Below, piece after piece: positions 20,501 through 28,700 of a DNA stretch of 64,000 nucleotides (position 1 is the first letter of the stretch; each line of letters starts with the position of its first letter). The notes under the pieces are model-generated. The model was not told the origin of the DNA. It worked only from the letters and a program-made list of their open reading frames with translations, and did no database searches. The translations under genes were made by a program, and so were the position numbers. Origin of the DNA: a virus; the IMG/VR virus record IMGVR_UViG_3300023176_006361, positions 12,812 through 76,811 of that record, one strand, 5' to 3'.

Positions 20501-22494
20501 AATTCAAATTCAAAAATATCACCTTGCTGAGGATTCAGTGCAGTATATACTGCATCATGAAGACTCAATGTAACATCAGTAGAACCGCTTGTAGTGCTAA
20601 GAGGATATCTCTTTGCTGTATCATTAGCAGCAGTTGTCATAAAATACGTTGTTGCTGCACCCTGACTGACATTGGTGAAATTTTGAAAACCAACTGCAGA
20701 TGGATCCTGGACTGTATGGTCAGTAAAACTTACAGGAGACTCTGCCGCCAGCGCAGCATTTGGTTGACCAAATTGTGCCTGTGCATCATAAATGTCTCTC
20801 CAAACTGCAACCATGCCTGCAACAAGTGGAGATGAGAATGAAGTTCCACTGATTGTTACATGATTTGCTCCTGTATAATCAGATCCAGTAGTAGTGCTTG
20901 ATGTCCAATCATAACTTGGGCAATAAATTCCTTGACCAGGAGCATAGCAAGTAACAGCTTCACCATAGTTGGTAAAAGTTGCGAATGTCTGACGATTACT
21001 TACAAGTCTCGTAGCACCAACAGTAAGTTTATCAAAACCACCACCTGACATTCCATAAGTATTTGATGAATAATTTGTCAGACTGATTTCTGGATCAAGT
21101 TCAGATTGTATACCAGAATCTCTTACACCATATCCAATTCTTGTATTTTTTGGACCATAATTTTGAGGATTGCTATCTGCGTCCGTCCAAGTCATGCCGT
21201 TACCAGCAGATCTAACGAGAGTAACTCTTGGTAATGAAGCAATTCTTGCCTCAGCATCTTCATATGCCTCATCAAAATTTGTTGTTGGTAAATTAGCTTC
21301 TCGAACAACAATTGTGCCAGTCATCGCTGAGTGAAACTGGCAAACATAAGTCAGAGTACCAGAATTATCTAAGAGCTGAGAAGTATCAATCGTGACCTCA
21401 CCAGTTTGATTATCTCCAGATGTTGTTGTAGCACCAGAAAATGCACCAAAATCATCATTGACCAAGAATGGGTGTCCAGATGCATTCATGTTCATAACAA
21501 GAATGTCACCTTTGGTAACAGTCAGAGTCGGATCATTTGCATTAGTGTGTGTCGTAGTTCCATCAGTTCCAGAAAAAACATAATCACTAGAACCATTGTT
21601 ACCTACATTGAAATTATATGTTTGTGGAGCATAGTTTTCATTTCTCCCCATGAAAGGAAATTCGGGAGTAGGAGAACTCAGACCAATACTTACATTGACA
21701 ACAGAAGATCTTGGTCTTGTATTTCCGTCAAGAGTATTTCCTTTGAATTCTGCATCGTCAGGATCATTGTGTCTATAAACAGCATCCCATGCTTCCAGCA
21801 TCTTAGTAGTAAAGATGTCACCATTATCATCAGATACTCTCAAAGCATAAATTTTTGCCTTATTTGCAACGCCAGCAAATCTACCTGCTGCCATGATTGC
21901 ACAATAAGTTCCATGTCCATCTGAAACGTTGCTGCCAGTTGACTGAGGTTCATTTCCATCTGTAGTCCCTGGATCATATAGAGATGTTGGAAGTTCGTAT
22001 ACTCTGTAGTTACTTTGCTCAGTAGATCCATTCAGATTCGTAACATAATCTGGATGAAAAAATTCTGGGTGAAGTCCTGCACCAGATCCTGTTGGTCTGC
22101 TAGCACCTCGAATGCCTGAGTCAATAACATAGATATCTACATTTTCGCCATCATTTTTTGTGGAAAACGATCCAACGTTTGGATTTGAATCATCATAATC
22201 CAACCTTGAAATCGCATCCAAATGCCAATACCTATTGCCAGAAGTTGCTCCTGGAACATAGGTACTTCTTGTTGCGTGAAGCTCAAAATTACAATGATCT
22301 TTAGAAACCTTGCCCAACTCTAAGGCAGAAATTTCATTATAAAGTCTTTCTTGATCATCGCCGTCAAAGATGATTATGTCTAGACTTTTTAGAATCTTAT
22401 ATGAATCAATAGTTACGGAGGAAGAAACATCAGTCGCGATCTGCTCTAGAGATGCAGAAGGGGATGTTCTTTTGAGCAGGACTTTATTAGACAT
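14590..22494 (-). CDS. Giant virion protein: S8 subtilisin-like protease, two cupredoxin-like domains, YHYH domain, multiple Ig-like repeats, two FN3-like modules
   Basis: 2634 aa; triad motifs IYVIDSG, DGHGTYCA, SGTSFSSP and oxyanion SAGN; HPF...YVCQFHSAM and HPL...YYCQNHPGMG; GEYHYHSG...IIGWAFDGHPIYGPWG; repeated YQWxxSxDxGxTW..YRV Ig units. Confidence 0.85.
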   Translation of the reverse strand: MSNKVLLKRTSPSASLEQIATDVSSSVTIDSYKILKSLDIIIFDGDDQERLYNEISALELGKVSKDHCNFELHATRSTYVPGATSGNRYWHLDAISRLDYDDSNPNVGSFSTKNDGENVDIYVIDSGIRGASRPTGSGAGLHPEFFHPDYVTNLNGSTEQSNYRVYELPTSLYDPGTTDGNEPQSTGSNVSDGHGTYCAIMAAGRFAGVANKAKIYALRVSDDNGDIFTTKMLEAWDAVYRHNDPDDAEFKGNTLDGNTRPRSSVVNVSIGLSSPTPEFPFMGRNENYAPQTYNFNVGNNGSSDYVFSGTDGTTTHTNANDPTLTVTKGDILVMNMNASGHPFLVNDDFGAFSGATTTSGDNQTGEVTIDTSQLLDNSGTLTYVCQFHSAMTGTIVVREANLPTTNFDEAYEDAEARIASLPRVTLVRSAGNGMTWTDADSNPQNYGPKNTRIGYGVRDSGIQSELDPEISLTNYSSNTYGMSGGGFDKLTVGATRLVSNRQTFATFTNYGEAVTCYAPGQGIYCPSYDWTSSTTTGSDYTGANHVTISGTSFSSPLVAGMVAVWRDIYDAQAQFGQPNAALAAESPVSFTDHTVQDPSAVGFQNFTNVSQGAATTYFMTTAANDTAKRYPLSTTSGSTDVTLSLHDAVYTALNPQQGDIFEFEFPRVTDPGTQNPTTLLHDERKKDTFNLGEIIKYEVTVSGGVFAFDRIQNGVAAGSPASQPNLSIEQGVVYRFLQTDASNATHPLDISPTSDGTHSGGDSFDAYFTSLSLNTNNCIRYFVAGQGEVDKATYSAAVGGGVECYIEFIDPRGDTHPDVPSTVATSASYYYYCQNHPGMGAELISATNVTEATIGGISLPDFCSKWRTVTAIDSTNKTITFTADTTATGTEQGGGSMFNKADDDSIIGGRPRWPMRFTKIEGTFFANDAIYNWITNYSSVVRSGNAPDGNPFVAGDIWAQLETEEYGGGIAVKQFPVPKSRVIQSTGSGFSELGLAGRRWGAAYLNANPEEERRYNPVSSGTQSVTYDGGQGIFFPFVDLTTTWSETPNNIDGITLNDGSTFTTTVSVTTTTFAGETVSSQYITPEFELVDTGSTSAFTESNGVYTITGSGFTFNSATGVFSGTATSGPSDETYTFRIREKVSGNVLDRSFTLSGTNNAVITIDVQPSNATGDGSYPVDGGTATFAVTASASDAGSLSYGWQYATTQAAVNNGQWNDAAVLANVSGVNTATLTVPDSTDISGYFFSCVVSADSGNAADVRTLARTFTATVTLTHNTYWDNASLTNIFAGANTGRVEIEATFSDGSTPIISLGYDPGATPANPSYLPGSPYGIEALQGQTGSNGHQLYSVRVGEASIDGFNPSDDGAQLVVLIDHPQLLVSQTQGGTSGVVSVDPVYSVGTDIPATGSVNQSTPYTFTVTYTNLSTPAVPNGVILWEYDDGNGYTYIDGTESWYTSGLGTGTLEILPPLSLNGYSFRSRIYYDFTTTGGTSDADSTSFYSSVTSTAQVLTVLQTQVGSAINIIRPNGVSADDSLSLTSSNFSASEYLMTIVSDQLPDPATHGPHPNGANPNTTSAQTLNHTIVYRGGTNSPSLTPWTLGALGIASNGVVLFNPSAGPGALPGSQDNPPPGFEYNAVHNELYYGVDSAGGHPEQNGEYHYHSGTFLFSGDWSAVAQGNSYYKTTNYNGDNFRHPDGHSKIIGWAFDGHPIYGPWGYTNANDNTSSPTRMTSSFSQLNTDTHRPVGFKYTDTITVSGQSVTLSAGSFLQDYTYSPGSGTLDSSNGRYGVTPDYPNGTYAYFITVDSSNVPVYPYIFGTSLRQAYYQPGSAFVPSDPGGNNPNGPANGGFDVNDIWVDGMTVLAKGGGSNPREITVDDIAPGTAPHTYQWQKSSDNGATWTNIAASEIGFSGETNTTLTIKDDTSAINNLLIRLEITDSGSATTYSNAMPLQYVGSFLTISSQPADVSIISGQTATFSVTAASTDDVPLEYQWEESSDNGSTWTTMIGETNATLSLSGIQTPAGNTGYQYRVQVSSTSAVNTPLTSDVAILTVTQGSITVDTQLTNQTVNEGTDATFTVAMSTNSGLSITYLWERSDDQGSTWTAVAGETSSSLTVSGTTYADDNDDYYRVTGSIPGLGSVVANAVILTVQRTLAIDTQPTDQTVYDTQNVTFSVATTVSSGTATYQWQESTDSGSTWTPITGAVNNSYTISNVATSASGNQYRVVVSLVGSAGDITSNAASLTVNVRPTIAIVSQPQDQTRYQPDAANFTVTANASDASVVTYQWEKSDDNGNTWTPLVGETTNSYTTPATVTANDNGDQYRVIISHPAATNSPITSDVATLTVLTPVITFTQQPQSVSTTAGVPVTFTANASVTSNRTINYLWQVSSNQGATWTDIPSSISNNLSVTGDSTNNGYYYRLSAQSEGAAVAYSNAAILTLQFIANPTINPAGFVDAITTKTFVRQPRIQSSLFISYLGNGHEYSFWRITRVSDGQIVYTTAVDFDPAGDSGQKIEFLAPVLDWNTTYTVEVRYRDSAGFDSAWSSPVAFTTNVVDQPVFNLPIETSLRPTINLNNVSYDTANYSHTSTDWQIADDASFSNVIYESLTDTENLLELEVPSNVVLESSTNYYVRARINVT

Positions 22495-22702
22495 TCTTCT
22501 TTAGCAATTCCTTGAGTAGGGTTTTTATTTCAGATATTTCTTGCTTGAGATTATTTATATCTTCAACCGTTGTGTTCAATTTATGATGCTGTTTTTTGGA
22601 CTGCATATATCTTTCATATGCAGTCCTGTCGGTATTGACTACAGCCCCCGTTTCCATGTTCTTGCGTAGGTCAGAATGACCTTCAATACGTGCTTCTTTC
22701 AT
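22487..22702 (-). CDS. Conserved small T4-like cyanophage protein
   Basis: 71 aa; IEGHSDLRKNMETGAVVNTD...coiled-coil EISEIKTLLKEL; lies directly after the VrlC-like gene. Confidence 0.75.
   Translation of the reverse strand: MKEARIEGHSDLRKNMETGAVVNTDRTAYERYMQSKKQHHKLNTTVEDINNLKQEISEIKTLLKELLKKNV
22552..22559 (-). promoter_or_regulatory. T4 late promoter TATAAATA
   Basis: Perfect consensus, 57 nt upstream of the 2634-aa gene start, inside the small upstream gene. Confidence 0.55.
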
Positions 22703-22703
22703 A

Positions 22704-25700
22704 TTATGCGCTAGCGATACATCTTAGATCTTCAATTTTTGGAACATATGCTGGTCCCTTCTCATCATTCAGTCTCATGATAATTTTGACAGAGAACTCA
22801 GAAAACTCTGGAAGATCTTCAACTGTGAACTTATATTCCTTGAAGGAATCAGCAAATTCTTGTGATGGATCAAGGATGTCTGAATCATCAACTTCAATAT
22901 CATCTGCATTATCTGCTAAACCACTTGTCTCCTCATCGAAGTCAACTGGGAAGATGAATGCCTCTGCAACAGCGAGTTCAGTTGGAGATCCAGCGGCAGT
23001 AACATTAGCAACTGTTACTTGAACTCCCGATCCACCACCAGCACCATCAAAAGTAGGATCAAATGTTAGATATTCTCCATCTTTATACCCAACACCTGGA
23101 GAATTCAGAACTACTGAAGAAACAATACCATTTGCGTCTACAGTGATATCAAAGGTTGCCCCAGAACCAGCAGATGGAAGATTTGTAGGTGAGTTTGGAT
23201 CATAGATAGCTGCTACATTAGAATAAGAACCCTGAACATAACCTGCACCACCGCTGGTCAATGTTTGGTTTCCAGTCAAAGCATTTCCTGTTCCACCTGT
23301 ATTTGAATCAATTATAACTCTAGGAGCAGACAGGAATCCAGATCCTCTCTTAGTAACCAAAATGTTAGTGAGAGTATTTGTATTAGTATCAATCACAGGA
23401 GTAACTTCAGCACCATTTGCTGGTTCAAGAGTTACTGCTGGTGCAGTTGTATATCCTGCTCCACCATTTGTAATTTCAATCGATCTAATAGAAGATTTCT
23501 CAGTAAACTTAGGATTGAAGTATCTCCATGGTTGTGAACTGATAATCTTATCAGATGAAGTAGGTCTGATTCGATACATTACTTGAATGTCTTTGTTAGC
23601 AAATAGATTTGCTGTCAAACGAACATCAATATTAGTAGCAGGGTTTTCCAGATTTACTGTCTTAGTCTGATACTTAGCACTATGTGATCCCATTTCACCT
23701 TCTTCTTCAGTTCTATAGAGGAATCCTCCACGATCAATAGGATCTGTTTGGAGATAATAGTCTGTAGATGCTCCAACAACCTGGAATACATATGGGGTCA
23801 GAGATGCAGTTGTTTGTGGTGGAGCAAATCTCATTCCTTGCTGAAGAATGAGTTCACCAGAAGCACTATTTACACTAGTAGTAGGAATCTTCAGATATCT
23901 GATATCAATATATTTTTCCTCTTGGTTTATACCAACAACCTCTGCTTGAATTATACCTGTTGAAGCTGATTCAATAGATCCTGTCACAAAGTTTCTAACT
24001 CCATTTGGATCTACCTTATAAACGTTCTGGATTACAGAACCAATTCCAATACCACCAATTTCTGCAGTACCGCCAAGTGAAGGGGTATTATCAAAAGGAT
24101 ATAAGCGATAAACCTTATATCCAAATCTTGCTTGATCTGGCATTGGTTTATCAATTCTATTAGAAACTGTAAAGAGACTTACACGATCAAGATCAAGCAC
24201 AGGAGAAACCGCATCATTTGTGGTTGACATGGTTATGTTGTACTTCAGAGACTTTCTACCATCATTTCTATAGATTTCATTGATTTCAGAAAGAACTGCA
24301 TAGTTATCAGTCAGATAAGTATTCCTACCAGGAACAACAGAAATTGTTTCAGTTGAGAATGCATTTGGATTGTCATAATCAACAGAGTCTGCTTTCAAGG
24401 CATCGATGGTGTGCGAAACATTACAACTTGGGAACTGAAGAAGAGAGACTTGAGGTTGTAAAGTCTGGAACTGCTGGTTTTCAGTTGCATATGCAAATAC
24501 TCCACCGCCCCTACCACTTTCAGTTGCCTGATCATTCTGAGAGTTAGGATCTTTTGAAATCAGAACATCATATGAATCTATACCAACATTCAAAATTTGA
24601 TGGATAGAGTTCATCTTAGAAATGGCGATTCCATTCATAAGAGCATCTCCTGTACCAACACCCTGAACTCCCTTGAGAATCACGTAATCGCCCTCTGACA
24701 TTCCATGGTTCTTGTGAGATACTCTTACAACTCTTGGATTAGAACCAAAGAGGTTGTCAGCATAAGCAGAAGGTGCAGATGCACTGCTGTAAATACTTTC
24801 CCCGATCGAGTTGCCACCTCTATAAGAGAGTTTATTGGTTTCAAATGGCGCAGGACCCATTCTGATGAATGGCATCTTATCATTTACAAGTTCGACAGAT
24901 GCTGTAGATGTTGTGGAGAACTTAGCACGATTCAGAGTAAACTTGACATCTTCAAACTGATCAGCAGTCCAAAGAGTAGAGTTCTGAGACTTGAAGAGAG
25001 ATCCAAGATATGGTTGAGTAGAAACTCTCTGTGTTGTCCCAATTTCATTCTCACCAAGGCGAGAGATATACATGTTGTAATCGATGCTATTTGAAACAAC
25101 AACGAATGCATATTCAGTATTATTTTCAAGATAAATTGGTGATGGGAACTTGAACTTGGTTCCAACACTTGCATCATCTGAAGTACCTACTCCCATCTCA
25201 ACTGCATGAGATTCTCCTCTAATTCTGGAAATCGCTGTTGCTCCAGCACCATCACCCTCGATTGAAACTGAAGGTTCTGAAGTGTAACCAGATCCTGGAT
25301 TAGTAACTACAATCTCAACAATTCTTTGGAGTCTTGCATCAATTTTTGCATATGCAGTTGCTTGTACACCACCAACTTGTTGTGGAGATCCAATTGTAAC
25401 TGATGCTGTAGTATAAGTTTCTCCAGTGTTTACCATCTCAATAGATGCTACCTGGAAAGAATCTCTTGCAATATTGACAATAGAAGTTGGTTCTGGGAAT
25501 CTTTGAATTGAAAGAACTTCTCCTGGTTGGAAGTCAATTCCATTATGATTACTCAACTCAAGAGTATATGTTGTATTGCTGAAGTTTACTGTAGTAGTTG
25601 TTCCTGTAATCTCTAAATTAGTTTTGACAGTTCCATTTGCACCAGAGGTCAGTCCAATAACAGTTTCTCCAGCAACGAAGGAAACTGCACTATCACTTAC

Positions 25701-28700
25701 AATCTTCAACTTAGTTGTTGGATTGACAGTAACTTCAGAGAATGGAATTGTTTTCTTGCCTGGAGTTCCAAGAAGAGTTTCAGTCAGATAGCATCTAGTT
25801 GGTACATTTTCACTCTTTGATTGGAAGAAGACTTCCAGACTTGAGAGGAACATACCATCTTGATATCCTTCAACCATGAAAGTCTGAGCAACAGGGTCAA
25901 AGTAGTTTGTATTTGCTTCTTGATTAGTTCTAACACCATCAACAAACTGAGTCTGGTCTTGCTCAGAAACAGATCTTTGAGTAATGGTAGGAACTCTCGT
26001 AGAAACGATAGTTTCCTGCACAGTCTCCATGAGACCCATTGCAAAGTATTCTGCTTCTGAGAAGGTATCTACATCAACTTCTCTTTCACTGTTTACAGAA
26101 CTGGAAGTAAGTCTGAACGTTCTTTCACCAACTCTGAATGTTCTTGTAGAACTAGAAGTGTCATAAATGATATCATCCAGATTTCCAGTAAACCTTTGGA
26201 AATTGTATGATGAATCGGAAGAACTTGTAGAAACTCTTCTACGATCCAATTCATTATCAGAAATTCCTCTAGTAGCGAGTTCATTAGTAACATTAGTGGT
26301 AAATTCTCTAAGAGGAGCTGCGCCATTGGGAATGATAAAGACACCACTAACATTACCATTATCATCAGTAATGATTGGTTGACCAAATCCTTTAGGAGAG
26401 TTTAGTGCCTCTCCAGTGTAGTTGTTATCTGGGCAAACCCATGCACTAACATCAATACCCTCAAAGAATGCGTAGAGGCGAGTATTTGGTTTGAGTGCTG
26501 TAGAAGTAAATCTTACTACTCTTGCTCTCATATTTGGTTGGAATGCCATTCCAACTACTCTATCACCAAAACTTTGCTGAACTACATTAGATCCAGCAAG
26601 ACGATTTTGTGTTCCCTGTCTAGTTCTGGTTCTTGTTCTGCCCAGTACACTAGTAGTAGTGTTGACAGTTACACCAGCAACTAGAAGGTCTCTAGTTCTA
26701 CCAGAACCATTTGGATTTCTAATCCTCAGATTATCTGGAAGATTTCTTTGGAAATCTCTCATCCATGGCATCAAGTTGCCAGTTGAAGATGTATCTCTAG
26801 CAAGTTCTTGCTGACCACTCCAAGAAGTCTGCCATTCATTCCAAACAGTACCAAGAACACCGTTCTCGTCTGCCATATTCTGAATGGTGTCAAAGAGATT
26901 GTTATCGTTGACAACCAAGTTGGGTCTTCTCTCAGTATCCTTCCACTCATCAAAAGGAGGATCAAGAGTAAGAGATCCTTTATACTGGAACACCAAGAAT
27001 GGGTTCAGGTTGATAGTTTCAGTAGCAAATGGATTCTTGATAAACTCTTGCTCAGTATAATCAAGAGTAATCAAACTTCCTGCCTTTTTGTAACCCTTAG
27101 CAGATCTTGATGCATCATCAGTTACCTGCTCTCTAAGAGATACTTGATTTGTAAAATGCTGTGGTCTCAGTTGCTGAGACTGCATGTCAATAGCACACTT
27201 ATATTCAGTAGAGAAAGTGTCTCCAACATTATGTCCAGAGAAATTATCTACAACAATACCACTCTTGAATCTATCAAGACCTGTTACTGCATCTTTGATT
27301 GAAGTATTGAGTGTGTCTTGCTCAAGAAGACTGAGAGTGGTGTAATACTCCATTCTCTCAATACGATCTTCAAGTTTGCGAATATCCTTCATGGTATATC
27401 GCTTGTAATTATATACCTTGATCGATACCTCTGATGGATCAAATGTATATGCAGGTACATCAAGATCAAAGAGTCTGATAGACTCTTCAAGTGCTTGTGG
27501 ATATTCTGGGAGAATAGAAGGTACGCCTTGAACTACTTCAAATACACCTCTTCTTGTCAAATAGACACTATCCTTTCTTGGAAGATAGAAGTCATATGTG
27601 AGTTCAAATGAATCACCTGGAACAGGAACAAATGTATCTACCGTTGTAAATCTAAGTGCCCCAAGTTCTCCCTTATCTTCAGCACCAGCAACATATCCTG
27701 TAGTTGATGTTCCAGCACCTATATCAGCAGAGGGTCTGAAATCAATTGCATCTCTAAGTTGAATTGCACCACTCTTTTCTGAATAGAATACGGGAATATC
27801 ATCATAAAGAAGAGTAATATTGTTTGCATTCAGATAAGAATCAACGGAGAAAAATTCTCCATCATTAGAACTGTGATCAAAATATGTGAAGTCAACCAGA
27901 AGTTGACCACTTGGTTCCTCTGAACCTTTTTTACGGATCAATCTTGCAATGTCGTAAACATTGTCTCTTTGACCATTATCAAAGATGAAACGCTCTTTGA
28001 TATCAATGTCGGTTACAAGAGCAGAAGCATCTGGATCAGCAGACATATAAACTGCATTTAGTTTGAATCCATCAACTTTACCAAGATTGATAATTTCTTT
28101 CTTGTTGTAAGTAGAAACTGCTAACTGGGCATTTTTGAGAATCTTAGTTCTTGGTCTAGCGTTTCTGATAAAAATAGGAGCAGTCAGTTTGATAACGGCA
28201 CCATTGAATGTCGAAGGGAGACCACTGAATACGATCTGACCGTTTGTTCCTCCTGTAGCAAGAGTTCTTTGATTTTCGTAGAGTGACAAATCAATAATGT
28301 CACCAACTGATAATCCACTACTAGTTCCAGCATCAGCGACAACTGCAGTGTATCTATTTGAGAATCCATCAAAGTCTCTATTCTCACCACTCAGAGTGAA
28401 TGTAAGTGACCCACTACCGATAGTAGAAATAAATTGCTTGAGCGTCTTGAAGTTGAATCCAGTCTCAGTCTTATCTTTTGCAGTTGTTTTTACTACAGAA
28501 TCTGGAGTTTTTAGAACCAAAGTATTTTTATCTGCTCCACCAACTCTTGCTTCAATCTTGAAGAGTTGTGCATTTGTTACATCATCAACAATAGAACCAT
28601 AAACATATACTCTAGAGGTATTTGTAAGTAATGTTCCTCTTCTCTGAACATACTTTACGCTATATCTTCTCTCAACTCCAGCGTCAGATACAACTTTGAT

